A stretch of DNA of 64,000 bases from an uncultured delta proteobacterium. Its GTDB lineage: Bacteria; Desulfobacterota; Binatia; HRBIN30; BPIQ01. The notes under the pieces were generated by a model, which was given only the letters and a program-made list of their open reading frames with translations, was not told the DNA's origin and ran no database searches. Every line of letters starts with the position of its first letter. Position 1 is the stretch's first letter. Location of the stretch: assembly GCA_963761335.1 (NCBI GenBank), contig CAVXGR010000017.1, positions 32,001 to 96,000 of the forward strand. The letters are read 5' to 3'. Made by a program: the position numbers and the translations under genes. Below, in pieces: positions 1 to 9,906 of the stretch.

Positions 1-2
1 CG

Positions 3-866
3 CAGAGCGGCGCGGCGCACATGGTCATCGGACGAGAGCAGGGCGCCGATCTGGCCCGACGCTTCGCCGCCGCCGCCGAGGCCAGCTCGATCGATGAGCT
101 CATTGCGGCACCCGTCGAGCGCCTTGTCGAGGCACAGGCAGAGCTCGAGCGCCAGTCGCGCAGCGGCGACTTGCGCCCGAGCACGGGCACCGGGCTGGCG
201 GGGATGCCGTTTCATCCCGTCGTCGAGGGATACATGTTGCCGCGACCGCCGATCGAGGCGGTGCGCGCCGGGCTGTCGGCGGCGTTGCCCGTCCTGGTCG
301 GCACCAACCGCGACGAGATGACTCTCTTCCCGGTCGGGCGGGTGGACGAGGACCGCCTGCGCCGCATCGCAACACGGCTCTTCGCGGCGGACGCGGATGC
401 GGCGCTTGCCGCTTACCGGAGCGAATGGCGCGGCGCCTCCGCCGAGGACCTGGTCAACGCCATGCTCACCGACCGCTACTTCCGCATCCCGGGGGTGCGC
501 CTGGCCGAGGCGCAGGCGAGTGGTGGCGGTACGGCGTATCAGTATCTCTTCACCTGGGAATCGCGCGCCTTCGACGGGCGACTGAAGGCGACGCATGCTC
601 TGGAGATTCCCTTTGCGTTCAACAACCTCGAGCGCGCCGGCGTCGAGCTCTTCCTCGGTCCGGGCCCGCGGCCGCAGAGGCTCGCCGAAGCCATGCACGC
701 CGCATGGATCGCCTTCATCCGCAGCGGCGATCCGAGCTGCAAGGCAGTCGGCGAGTGGCCGCGGTACGGTCTCGAGCAACGCTCTGTCATGGAGCTCGGC
801 GAGCGGATCGCGGTGCTCCGCGATCCGTACGGGGCGAGCCGATCGCTGTGGACGGATCGGCTCTGA
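3..866 (+). CDS. Type B carboxylesterase/lipase (pnbA-like), 5'-truncated by the window edge
   Basis: Frame open from base 3 (QSGAAHM); GTNRDE (catalytic Glu), ATHALEIPFAF (catalytic His), WIAFIRSGDP and WPRY motifs. Confidence 0.9.
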   Translation, partial: QSGAAHMVIGREQGADLARRFAAAAEASSIDELIAAPVERLVEAQAELERQSRSGDLRPSTGTGLAGMPFHPVVEGYMLPRPPIEAVRAGLSAALPVLVGTNRDEMTLFPVGRVDEDRLRRIATRLFAADADAALAAYRSEWRGASAEDLVNAMLTDRYFRIPGVRLAEAQASGGGTAYQYLFTWESRAFDGRLKATHALEIPFAFNNLERAGVELFLGPGPRPQRLAEAMHAAWIAFIRSGDPSCKAVGEWPRYGLEQRSVMELGERIAVLRDPYGASRSLWTDRL

Positions 867-1652
867 CTACGGCCGCACGTCGACTCGGCGAAAGACGAGC
901 TCCATGATCCTGCGGGGGATCTCCACCAGGCCGACAACCGGCCACAGCATGCCGGGGAGGATGACATTGCGGCGCTCGCGGCGGATGCCGTCGACGATGC
1001 CGTCGATCACCTTGGCCAGCGGGATGCGGACGTCCTCGACGGAGCGCTTGCCGCGCAGGCGGCGATAGGGCGCGTAGCCCTGCGTGGCGTCGTCCATGTC
1101 CGTCGCCGTGCTGCCGATCTGTACCAGGGTCACGGTGATCGGCTGGTCGCGCAGGTCGAGCCGCAGCCCGGCGGTGTACTGCGCCAGGCCGGCCTTGCTG
1201 GCGCCGTAGTGCACCAGCCCCGGCGGCGGCATGGTGCCGGCGACCGATCCCATGTTGACAATGTGTCCGCGGCCGCGCTCGATCATGCGTGGGATGACCT
1301 GTTGGCACAGATGGATCGGGGTCAGCAGGTTGGTGCGGAAGAGCGCCTCGATGGCTGCCGGAGTCTGCTCGAGTACGTGCCCGATGTTGGAGATACCGGC
1401 GTTGTTGACGAGCACGTCGATGTCGCCGCCGTCCGCCTCGATGCGCTCGATCAGTCCGCTCACTGCTGCGGCGTCACCCAGATCGACCGCGTAGGCCGCG
1501 CCGCCCAGCGCTGCGGCGAGCTCGCGCAGCGGACCTTCACGGCGCGCCACCAGCGCCAGGCGCGCCCCTTCGGCTGCCAGGCGCTCGGCGAGCGCGCGGC
1601 CGATGCCGCGTGTGGCGCCGGTCACCAGCACGCGCTGTCCGGAGATCTGCAT
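867..1652 (-). CDS. SDR family oxidoreductase
   Basis: TGATRGIG, NNAG and YGASK (YxxxK) motifs; start trimmed to MQISGQRVLV. Confidence 0.92.
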   Translation of the reverse strand: MQISGQRVLVTGATRGIGRALAERLAAEGARLALVARREGPLRELAAALGGAAYAVDLGDAAAVSGLIERIEADGGDIDVLVNNAGISNIGHVLEQTPAAIEALFRTNLLTPIHLCQQVIPRMIERGRGHIVNMGSVAGTMPPPGLVHYGASKAGLAQYTAGLRLDLRDQPITVTLVQIGSTATDMDDATQGYAPYRRLRGKRSVEDVRIPLAKVIDGIVDGIRRERRNVILPGMLWPVVGLVEIPRRIMELVFRRVDVRP

Positions 1653-1675
1653 GTGGTGGTGCCTCCTGTGCCTCG

Positions 1676-2419
1676 CTACCCGCGGTCGGCGCGCCGGCCG
1701 AACTGTTGCAGCGACCAGACGTAGCCCTGCTCGTTGACGGCGCGCAGGGCGACGACGCTGTAGGCCGCCAGCGGCGTCTCGAAGCGGATCCACTCCCAGG
1801 GAACGGAGTCGATGCCGAGCAGCTGCGTGAGGGCGACGCTGTTGGTGCCACCGTGGGCGACGACGCCGATGCGCAGGGTATGGCCGCGGGCGGGCGCCGA
1901 CCAGACCGCAAAGCCGTCGATGGTCTCGCAGCGAACCCCGTAGTGGCCAAGGATGGTACCGATGCCGCGAGAAACACGCGCGTGGAAGTCGCGAAAGGCC
2001 TCACCACCGGGGAAGCCCTCCCAGAGATCCCGAAAGGGCCGGCGCGCTGCGGCCATGAAGTAGGAGTCGACCTCCGTCTGCGAGGCGTTGCGCATCGACG
2101 GCACGCCGATCTCCGCCAGATCCTGCACCACGCTCACCTCCGCTCCCTGTGCCTCGGCGAGCGCCGCGGCGGTCTCCCGCGCCCTTTGCAGAGGGCTCGA
2201 GTAGAGCGCCGCCAGCGGCTGCTGGTGCAGGTGCTCGGCCAGAGCCGTGGCCTGCCGGCGGCCGAGCGACGTCAGCCCCGGATCGCTGCCGCTTCGCCGC
2301 GCCGCTTGCCAATCGGGCTCGGCGTGGCGGATCAGCACCAGCTCGAGCGGCAGATCGGTGCGCGCGCGGCGCTCGCGCTCCTCGAGACTCACTGCCCGTG
2401 GTTCGCTGGAGTCGGCCAT
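1676..2419 (-). CDS. Histidine phosphatase (phosphoglycerate mutase-like) family protein
   Basis: LIRHAE, SSPLQRARETA and VAHGG motifs. Confidence 0.9.
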   Translation of the reverse strand: MADSSEPRAVSLEERERRARTDLPLELVLIRHAEPDWQAARRSGSDPGLTSLGRRQATALAEHLHQQPLAALYSSPLQRARETAAALAEAQGAEVSVVQDLAEIGVPSMRNASQTEVDSYFMAAARRPFRDLWEGFPGGEAFRDFHARVSRGIGTILGHYGVRCETIDGFAVWSAPARGHTLRIGVVAHGGTNSVALTQLLGIDSVPWEWIRFETPLAAYSVVALRAVNEQGYVWSLQQFGRRADRG

Positions 2420-2465
2420 GAGCGCATGATCCTACGCATCACCGGGTTGTGCAACGACAGAGCCC

Positions 2466-2533
2466 GGGAGCGCGGCCATCCTGACCGCCGATGGCCTTGC
2501 GAAAAAGACGGCGGCCGAGATGGCCGCGCTCCC
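2466..2533. repeat. REP-like palindrome, family A (GGGAGCGCGGCCATC...GATGGCCGCGCTCCC)
   Basis: Imperfect 24-bp inverted arms; related copies at 22927, 25357 and 38972. Confidence 0.8.
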
Positions 2534-2574
2534 ACCTCTTGCGTCTGCGCCTCCGTCGGATAGGTTGCGCGGTC

Positions 2575-3696
2575 ATGGGAGCACTTGCGGGAATCAAAGT
2601 GATCGAAATGGCCGGGCTGGCACCGGCGCCGTACTGCGGTCTGATCCTGGCGGATTTCGGCGCCGACGTGGTTCGCGTCGATCGGCCGGGAGCCGGTTCG
2701 ATGGATCAGCTCGCCCGCGGCAAGCGGTCGGTGGCGGTGAACCTCAAGGACCCGCGGGGCGTCGAGGCGGTGTTGCGGCTGGCCGAGAAGGCCGACGTGC
2801 TGATCGAGCCCTATCGTCCCGGTGTCATGGAGCGTCTCGGCCTCGGTCCCGAGATCGCGCGCGTGCGCAATGAGCGGCTGGTCTACGCGCGCCTCACCGG
2901 CTACGGCCAGCAGGGCCCTTACGCCAGCATGGCCGGGCACGATATCAACTACATCGCTATCTCCGGCGCGCTGTCGCTGATCGGCCGCCGCGGCGAGAAG
3001 CCGCTGGCGCCGATCAATCTGCTCGGCGACTTCGCCGGCGGCGGTATGCTCTGCGCTCTCGGCATCGCCCTGGCTCTGGTAGAGCGGTCGAGCTCCGGCA
3101 GGGGGCAGGTGGTCGACGCTGCCATGGTCGACGGAGCCGCCCACCTGTGCAGCTTCATCTACAAGTTCCGCGCCGCCGGCTTCTGGAAGGACGAGCGCGG
3201 CACCAACATGCTCGATTCGGGCGCGCCCTTCTACGACACGTATGCCACAAGCGATGGCAAGTACGTCTCCGTGGGTGCCATCGAGCCGCAGTTCTACGCT
3301 GCCTTGCTGAAGGGGCTCGGCATCGATCCGGCGACCATGCCGCACCAGCTCGATCAGACGCAGTGGGCGGCGACGGCGCACAAGTTCGCCGAGGTCTTCG
3401 CGACGCGCAGGCGCGATGAGTGGGCGGCGATCTTCGACGGCACCGATGCGTGCGTTGCCCCCGTCCTCGAGCTGGATGAGACGGCGCGCCACCCGCACAA
3501 CGCGTCTCGCGGCACTCTGCTGGTCGGCAAGGACGGGCATGCCGAGCCGGCGCCGGCGCCGCGCCTGTCGCGCACGCCGGGAGAAGCGGGCGCGGCGATG
3601 CCGCAGCCCGGCGAGCACACGGCGGCCGTATTCGCGGAGTTCGGCTTTACCGACTCCGAGATCGAGTCCCTGAAATTGAGCGGCGCCATCGCCTGA
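2575..3696 (+). CDS. Alpha-methylacyl-CoA racemase (CaiB/BaiF CoA-transferase family III)
   Basis: LAGIKVIEMAGLAP, AGHDINY, NLLGDFAGGG and LDSGAPFYDTY motifs typical of AMACR/Mcr. Confidence 0.9.
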   Translation: MGALAGIKVIEMAGLAPAPYCGLILADFGADVVRVDRPGAGSMDQLARGKRSVAVNLKDPRGVEAVLRLAEKADVLIEPYRPGVMERLGLGPEIARVRNERLVYARLTGYGQQGPYASMAGHDINYIAISGALSLIGRRGEKPLAPINLLGDFAGGGMLCALGIALALVERSSSGRGQVVDAAMVDGAAHLCSFIYKFRAAGFWKDERGTNMLDSGAPFYDTYATSDGKYVSVGAIEPQFYAALLKGLGIDPATMPHQLDQTQWAATAHKFAEVFATRRRDEWAAIFDGTDACVAPVLELDETARHPHNASRGTLLVGKDGHAEPAPAPRLSRTPGEAGAAMPQPGEHTAAVFAEFGFTDSEIESLKLSGAIA

Positions 3697-3732
3697 GAGA
3701 ATCATCTCCTGCGCGGCCGATTCCGGGGGAGT

Positions 3733-5340
3733 TCACCGCTGCCCGCGGTGCACGAGCGAGAGGCCGTAGCGGGCCAGCGGCGGGGGCGTCTGCGCCGTGG
3801 GGCGGCCGCCGAGCACGAAGAGATCGCGCTCGTCGTTGCGGAGCCGTTCGGCGATCTTGCTCCACTCCGAGGGGTCGTCGATCAGAAAGTGGAGGTCGGT
3901 GCGGCCGGCTTGTACCTGAAGAACGTAGCGATAGGTGGTCGACGGCCAGTAGCTCATCAGCAGCATGCTTCCCTGCGGGATGTGCGAGGCGATCTGCGGC
4001 GGCGGGACGGTCGGGGAGGGCGCCGACTGGTCGACGAGCCGGTAGTTTCCGGCGAGCAGGAGGGCTGCGGTGACGACACCCAGGGCGGCGAGGGCGCCGC
4101 GCAGCCGCGCGCCTGCTCCGGGAGGGCCGGCGATGCCGAGCCCGGCGAGAAGCGCCAGGCCCGCGAGTCCCGGAACCGTGAAGGTGAGGCCATCCCAGCG
4201 ATAGTGCCACAGATAGAAGGCGAGGTTGCCGGCGAAGAGGCCGAGTCCGAGCAGAGCCCAGCCCCATCTCGAAGAGCGGCCAGGCTGGCCGCGGTCCCAG
4301 GCGGGGATCTGGAATATCACGCCGAGGGCGGCGAGGAGCAGGCCGCTCAGCGCGATGCTGGTGCCGAAGCCGGCGTCGCGCTGCACCGGGATCTTCGGCG
4401 GGGCGTCGCCGGCGACGATCGCGGCGCCGCTCAACATCCGCGCATATCTCCGCAACCCGACATCGATCTGCGCGGCCGTGGTTCGGGTGAGGTCCTTCTC
4501 GGCCCAGTAGAGCCCGAGACTGTACGAGAGCGCTTTCGACAGGCTCGGCGGCTCTGCATACTCGAGCGCCGCCATCTTCTCGCGGGGATTGATCTGCCTC
4601 AGGAGCACCATGTCGCGCACGTGCAGCAAGGAGGGATCGGCGCGCACGAGATAGTAGCCCATGGAGAAGAAGAACGGCGCCACCAGCAACGTCGCGCCGG
4701 TTCCCAGACGGCGCCAGTCGAGAGTGATCTGCCGCCGGAATGCGAGCCAGAGACCGGCAAAGCCGGGGAGAGCGAAGATCTCGGAAGGCCTTCCGGCGAT
4801 GCACACGCCGACGGCGAGCGCCGCGATGAAGAGCCAGCGGCCGCTGTCGCTGCGCACGAAGCGCGCCGCGGCGTAGACGCCGAGCAGGAGGAACGCCGTG
4901 TGGAACACATAGGCCTCGGCGACCACCGAGTACTGCCAATACATGCTGCTGAAGCCGAGGATCAGCGCCGCCAGCGCCCCGGCGAGAACACTTCCGGTCG
5001 CCAATCGCACCGCGCCGAGAACGGCGAGCGCGCCGGCGACGCCGCAGACGGCCATCATCAGGTTGATGCGCCAGGCGATGTCGCCACCCAGGGGCAGCCA
5101 GCTGAACAGCTTGCCGGCGACCACCTCGATGGCGTAGCCCGGGGAGTGACAGATCCCGAGGACGGCACTCATGTACTGCAGCTCGCCGGTGTCGCCGCCG
5201 CCGACGCCTGGCAGCAGGGTGGCGAGATAGACGCCGCCGAGAACGGCGGCGACCGGCGCCGCCGCGGTGAGCGGCGAACGCCCTTGCGGCCAGGCAGGCC
5301 GCGCTCCCCGGGGTCCTCGGGTGGGTCGCTTGCGGCTCAC
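3733..5340 (-). CDS. DUF2723 / TMEM260-like GT-C membrane glycosyltransferase
   Basis: YLATLLPGVGGGDTGELQ...LGICHSPGY and YSVVAEAY motifs, many TM segments; GTG start overlaps the upstream stop (GTGA). Confidence 0.75.
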   Translation of the reverse strand: MSRKRPTRGPRGARPAWPQGRSPLTAAAPVAAVLGGVYLATLLPGVGGGDTGELQYMSAVLGICHSPGYAIEVVAGKLFSWLPLGGDIAWRINLMMAVCGVAGALAVLGAVRLATGSVLAGALAALILGFSSMYWQYSVVAEAYVFHTAFLLLGVYAAARFVRSDSGRWLFIAALAVGVCIAGRPSEIFALPGFAGLWLAFRRQITLDWRRLGTGATLLVAPFFFSMGYYLVRADPSLLHVRDMVLLRQINPREKMAALEYAEPPSLSKALSYSLGLYWAEKDLTRTTAAQIDVGLRRYARMLSGAAIVAGDAPPKIPVQRDAGFGTSIALSGLLLAALGVIFQIPAWDRGQPGRSSRWGWALLGLGLFAGNLAFYLWHYRWDGLTFTVPGLAGLALLAGLGIAGPPGAGARLRGALAALGVVTAALLLAGNYRLVDQSAPSPTVPPPQIASHIPQGSMLLMSYWPSTTYRYVLQVQAGRTDLHFLIDDPSEWSKIAERLRNDERDLFVLGGRPTAQTPPPLARYGLSLVHRGQR

Positions 5341-6743
5341 TCCGGAGGCACGTCCTGGAAGGCGTCGAGAAGGCCCACCATCGCCTGCCGCACCGCCGCC
5401 TGAATCGCGGGCACGCCCTTGGGGAGGCCACCGTAGACAGCGCCGGTGATCGGCGTCTCGCGCGGCGGGTTCTTGGCGTACTCGACCGCGTCGGCCAGAT
5501 CGCGCCCGAATGCCTCGACCAGCCCGGAGCGCGTCTGCGGGCGGGTGACGCACATGTGCACCGCGTTCGGATGCTGCTGGCCGTTCAGGCGCCAGCCGCG
5601 CTCCTTCATGAAGTCGTTGACGTGGTAGATGTCGAAGACGTCGGAGGTGAACGAGAAGCAGAAGGTGGGCACGCCCATCAGCCGCAGCTCCGGGTGAGAG
5701 CGCACCGCCTTCTGCATTGCGAAGGAGGTCTCGAAGATCTGCTTCGCGTAGCGCATGTAGCCCTCGCGGCCGAGGCTCACCATGGCGGCCCAGGTGGCGG
5801 CCAGTAGGCCGCCGGAGCGGCTGCCGGCGATTCCCGGCGAGATGTACTTGCCGCCCGACCACTCCTGCAGCATGAAGTACAGATACTCGCGCAGAGAGCG
5901 GTCGCGGAAGGCGAGCACCGAGCTGCCCTTGGGCCCGTATCCGAACTTGTGGGTGTCCGCCGAGATGGTGGTGACTCCGGGCAGACGAAAATCGAAGCGC
6001 GGTATGTCGTAGCCGAGCGCCTCCCCCCACGGCAGGATGAAGCCGCCGAGGCAGCCGTCGACGTGCAATCCGATGTCGTGCTTCACCGCCAGCTCCGAGA
6101 GCTGCTCGATCGGGTCGACGGTGCCGTAGCCGTAGTTCCCTGCCGAGCCGACCAGAGCGATGGTATTTGGGCCGATGTGTTGCCCCACGAAGTCGACGTC
6201 GACGCGAGTGGTCACCGGATCGATCGGCGCCTGGACGGTGTCGATGCCGAAGAGGTGGGCTCCCTTGTAGAAGGCGGCGTGCGCTGTCTCTGGCAGAATG
6301 ATCTGCGGCTGGGTGATGCCGCGTTCGGCGCGGTACTTGTCTCGATAGGCGATCAGCGCACTGAGGATGCTCTCGGAGCCGCCCGAGGTGACGGCGCCGC
6401 AGGGGTTCGCCGCCGGCCGCGCCGCATCGGCGTGCAGCATGTCGAGCGTCATGGCGATGATCTCACCCTCGAAGCGCGTGGCGCTCGGGCACATGTCCCG
6501 CTGTAGGGCGTTGACGTGGCAGAAGAGGCCGTACGCCTCGTTGAGGAAGCCGTAGTGCTCGAAGTCGCCGCAGTACATGGTTCCCGAGCACTTGCCGTTG
6601 CTCCAGGTGGCGTCTTCGGCCGACGCCATCTCGTGCAGCTCGCGCAGGATCTCCTCGCGGGGACGGCCCTTCTGCGGCATGGCGCGGTTGACGCCGTATT
6701 GGGCGGCGTACGGATAGTAGTTGCTGAAGCTGCTGTCGGCCAT
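5337..6743 (-). CDS. Sphingosine-1-phosphate lyase-like PLP enzyme (group II decarboxylase family)
   Basis: SGTMY, TSGGSESI, AHAAF, HVDGCLGG, SADTHKFG (PLP Lys), GPKGSS, AGSRSG. Confidence 0.88.
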   Translation of the reverse strand: MADSSFSNYYPYAAQYGVNRAMPQKGRPREEILRELHEMASAEDATWSNGKCSGTMYCGDFEHYGFLNEAYGLFCHVNALQRDMCPSATRFEGEIIAMTLDMLHADAARPAANPCGAVTSGGSESILSALIAYRDKYRAERGITQPQIILPETAHAAFYKGAHLFGIDTVQAPIDPVTTRVDVDFVGQHIGPNTIALVGSAGNYGYGTVDPIEQLSELAVKHDIGLHVDGCLGGFILPWGEALGYDIPRFDFRLPGVTTISADTHKFGYGPKGSSVLAFRDRSLREYLYFMLQEWSGGKYISPGIAGSRSGGLLAATWAAMVSLGREGYMRYAKQIFETSFAMQKAVRSHPELRLMGVPTFCFSFTSDVFDIYHVNDFMKERGWRLNGQQHPNAVHMCVTRPQTRSGLVEAFGRDLADAVEYAKNPPRETPITGAVYGGLPKGVPAIQAAVRQAMVGLLDAFQDVPPE

Positions 6744-6812
6744 GATTGTTCCTCTCTATTTTTGTCGGCTCAGCGATGGAGCTTCGCTTTCCGCGCCAGC
6801 CGTCGCCCTTCC

Positions 6813-8378
6813 TCAAAACCCTGTCGGAGGACCGTTCAACGCCTCGTAGATGGGGCGGTTCTGCTCGAAGGCGCGCAGGAACTGCTCGAAGAGGCGGTCG
6901 TAGATGTCGCGCGTACCGGGGCGCGGCTCGAACACCCGCCGTACGGGGCAGATGCGATCGATGTCGTCGAGGCTCACCCGCCCGAGCTGCGCGAAGCCGA
7001 GGAAGGCGACGGCGCGATTGATCACGTGGGGGGAGTGCTCGAGCTGCAGGACGGGTCGGTCGAGCACATCGGCCAGGATCTGCGACCACTCCTCCGAGAG
7101 CGCTGCGCCGCCGGCGAAGCGCAGGTCGGCGAAGTGACTGTCCGTGAAGCGTTCGACCGCAGGCAAGAGCCAGCGCAGGCTGTAGGCGACGCCTTCGAGG
7201 ATGGCGCGCACCATGTGGACGCGCGTCGTTTCCAGCGACAGGTTCAAGAAGCCCCCGCGCATGCTCGAGTTACCGCGCGGCGACTGCGATCCGGCGAGCC
7301 ACGGCAGGAAGATCAAGCCGCCGCTTCCCGGCGGCGCCGCCGCCGCCGCCGCCTCGATGCCGGCGAACGGATCGGCCGAGGAATGGTCGGCGAGCGCGTC
7401 GCGAGCGAAGGCGATCTGGCGGAGGAAGTGGTCCAGAGTCTTGGCCCCGAGACCATTCTCCGCCATGGCGACGTAACGACCCGGAATCGGGCTCGGCATG
7501 CTGACAATCTCGTTCTCGAGGTCCGTTTGCTTGCGGTCGAGGTGAGCGAGAACCTGGCTGGTGGTGCCGATGTTGAGCGCCCCGCGAGCGCCCCGGAAGG
7601 TACCGGTGCCCACGGCCACCGCCTGGGTGTCGTTGGTGCCGGAGAAAACCCGGGTGCGCACCGACAGGCCGAGCTCGGCGGCGATCGGAGCGCGAAGCGG
7701 GCCGAGATCGGTGTGCACGGGCACCAGCGGCGGGAGCTTGTCGTGATCGATCCCCGACATCGCCACCAGCTCCGGGTCGTAATCGATGGCGTCGATGCAG
7801 CGGTTGTCGGTGAGCAGGGTGGTGAAGGCCGTGCACGGGTTGGCGGCGCAGACGCCCGTGAGACGCGCGGCGATGAAATCCCCCGGCTCGAGGAAGCAGA
7901 AGGTGCGCTCGTAGATCTCCGGACGACGGTGCTGAAACCAGAGCATGTGGGAGAGCGAGTCGCCTCCGGAGGGCAGGGGTGGAATACCGTGCACCTCGAG
8001 CCATCTGAGCATTGCCTCCGGCGAGCCGGCGGAGATGGCGCGGGCGTACTCGGCGCCGCGGCGATCCATCCACAGGAGAAGGTTGGCGAGCGGCCGCCCT
8101 TCGCGGTCGACCGGAACTGTCGAGAAGTACTGGCTGGCGAGCGTCACCGCGGCGATGTCGTCGGGCCGCACGGACGCGGCGCCCAGCACCTGGCGCACGC
8201 CGCTGCGGACCGCCGCCCAGATCTCCTCCGGGTCCTGTTCGGCGCCGTGGCCGGGCAACAGGGTCGTCTCGACTGTCCCGGTGGCGGTGGCCGCGAGCCC
8301 GCCGTCCTCGGAAACCAGCGCGATCTTCGGACCGCTGGTGCCGAGATCGATGGAAAGAATGTGGAGTGCGGCGCTCAT
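6813..8378 (-). CDS. FGGY-family carbohydrate kinase (xylulokinase-like)
   Basis: IDLGTSGPK, EQDPEEIW, WMDRR, FLPWLAG, RAILEGVA, GGAALS. Confidence 0.9.
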   Translation of the reverse strand: MSAALHILSIDLGTSGPKIALVSEDGGLAATATGTVETTLLPGHGAEQDPEEIWAAVRSGVRQVLGAASVRPDDIAAVTLASQYFSTVPVDREGRPLANLLLWMDRRGAEYARAISAGSPEAMLRWLEVHGIPPLPSGGDSLSHMLWFQHRRPEIYERTFCFLEPGDFIAARLTGVCAANPCTAFTTLLTDNRCIDAIDYDPELVAMSGIDHDKLPPLVPVHTDLGPLRAPIAAELGLSVRTRVFSGTNDTQAVAVGTGTFRGARGALNIGTTSQVLAHLDRKQTDLENEIVSMPSPIPGRYVAMAENGLGAKTLDHFLRQIAFARDALADHSSADPFAGIEAAAAAAPPGSGGLIFLPWLAGSQSPRGNSSMRGGFLNLSLETTRVHMVRAILEGVAYSLRWLLPAVERFTDSHFADLRFAGGAALSEEWSQILADVLDRPVLQLEHSPHVINRAVAFLGFAQLGRVSLDDIDRICPVRRVFEPRPGTRDIYDRLFEQFLRAFEQNRPIYEALNGPPTGF

Positions 8379-8459
8379 TCGCTCCCTCTTGCGGTTTGCT
8401 CTAGGACAATACCGCCCTTGATGTCACGCGCCAAATCGGGCATCACCCGGCTGTCGCCA

Positions 8460-9533
8460 ATGATCAGCTTCGAACCAACCGATGAAGAGCGCTCGATCGT
8501 CGAGCAGGTGCACCGGTTTGCCGAGCTCGACGTGCGCCCGGCTCTGCGGCAGTGCGAGGAGCAGGGCCTGCCGGACGGGCTGGTGCAGCGCTATCTCTCC
8601 CTGCATTTGACCTCCGCCGACTTCGATGCGGAGGTCGGCGGCCTCGGCCTCTCGTTCGTCGGGCGACTCCTCGTCGAGGAGGAGCTGGCCTGGGGCGATC
8701 CGGGAGTGGCCGCCGCCCTGCCGGGGCCCGGTGCCGCAGCCTTCCTCCTGCGCCACGCGCCCGCATCGGTCCAGCAGCGCTGGTGTGATGTGGCGGCCGA
8801 TGGCCGTACGGCCCTCTTGCTGCCGCGCCGGGGCGATTCCGGGCTGCAGCTGCGCCGTTCCGGCGAGCGCCTGCTGCTCAGCGGTGCCCTCTCTTGGGTA
8901 TCTCATGGGCCTGAGGCCGACCATCTGCTGGCCGTTGCGGAGGGGGAAGAAGGGCCCGTCATCCTCTGGCTCGCGGGGCACGCCTTGCGCAGCGGATTCG
9001 CCCCCGCGGACCAGCGCCTCGGCCTGCGGGCGCTGCCGATCTATACGCTCTCGCTGGAGAGCACTCCCTGCGACTCCGACGCCATCGTCCTCAGCGGTGA
9101 CCCGGCGCGCGCGGCCGTGCGCGCCGCACTCGACCGCGGGCATCTGCTGACCGCGGCACACGCCGTTGGCACCTCCCGTGCCGCCTGCGAATACGCCGGT
9201 CGCTATGCTCTCGAGCGCAAGACCTTCGGCAAGGCCATCGCCGAGCACCAGGCCGTGGCCTTCATGGTTGCCGACATGGCGACCGCGGTGGAGGCGGCGC
9301 GCAGCTTCGTGTGGATGGCTGCGACGCAGCTGGAGGCCGGAACGGCTGCCCCCGCGACGCTGCGCATGGCCGCTGCCCACACCTTCGAGTCGGCTCTCGA
9401 GGTCAGCAGCGCCGCCGTGCAGATTCTTGGCGGACACGGCTACATCCAGGATCACCCGGTGGAGAAGTGGATGCGCGACGCGCGCACCCTCGCCAGCTGG
9501 TGGGAGGGTGTAGGCGGCCCCTGCGACAGCTGA
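8460..9533 (+). CDS. Acyl-CoA dehydrogenase family protein (short, divergent)
   Basis: EELAWGD, YALERKTFGKAIAEHQAV, QILGGHGY and HPVEKWMRDA; start may be 8421. Confidence 0.85.
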   Translation: MISFEPTDEERSIVEQVHRFAELDVRPALRQCEEQGLPDGLVQRYLSLHLTSADFDAEVGGLGLSFVGRLLVEEELAWGDPGVAAALPGPGAAAFLLRHAPASVQQRWCDVAADGRTALLLPRRGDSGLQLRRSGERLLLSGALSWVSHGPEADHLLAVAEGEEGPVILWLAGHALRSGFAPADQRLGLRALPIYTLSLESTPCDSDAIVLSGDPARAAVRAALDRGHLLTAAHAVGTSRAACEYAGRYALERKTFGKAIAEHQAVAFMVADMATAVEAARSFVWMAATQLEAGTAAPATLRMAAAHTFESALEVSSAAVQILGGHGYIQDHPVEKWMRDARTLASWWEGVGGPCDS

Positions 9534-9631
9534 GCGCCCCCGGGCGGCGGCTGTCGGGGCCACCGTAATTTCAGAAGTCGATCGAAACAGGCCGACGCAA
9601 GCCCTTGAATACTAGAAGGTTTCCTATCCCC

Positions 9632-9814
9632 TCAGTGCTTGTGCTCGATCTTCTTGCCGTAGCTGACTTCGCCCTTGTCGACCCGCAGGGAGAACCCGCA
9701 GTCAGGGTTGATGCAGACCCAGGCCTTGAAAAGCACGGAGGCCCCTTCCTGGCCGTAGTCCGACAACGGAATCAAGACTCCGTTGTTGCATTTCTGACAT
9801 TTCGGGAACTCCAT
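9632..9814 (-). CDS. Small Zn-ribbon hypothetical protein (60 aa)
   Basis: CQKC...CINPDC; strong RBS GGAGGGGG before ATG; coding-like codon usage. Confidence 0.8.
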   Translation of the reverse strand: MEFPKCQKCNNGVLIPLSDYGQEGASVLFKAWVCINPDCGFSLRVDKGEVSYGKKIEHKH

Positions 9815-9906
9815 CACCCCCTCCTTTTCCGAGTGCAGCACACTCCGGCTGCTGCTTACCCCCGCGGCACGGAACTCTATCCAATGAGGTGCACCAAATC
9901 AAGACA

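Noticed and set aside
6516..8459. Apparent 650-aa N-terminal extension of the acyl-CoA dehydrogenase
   Set aside because: It is the antisense frame of the FGGY kinase and lyase; homology starts near 8460
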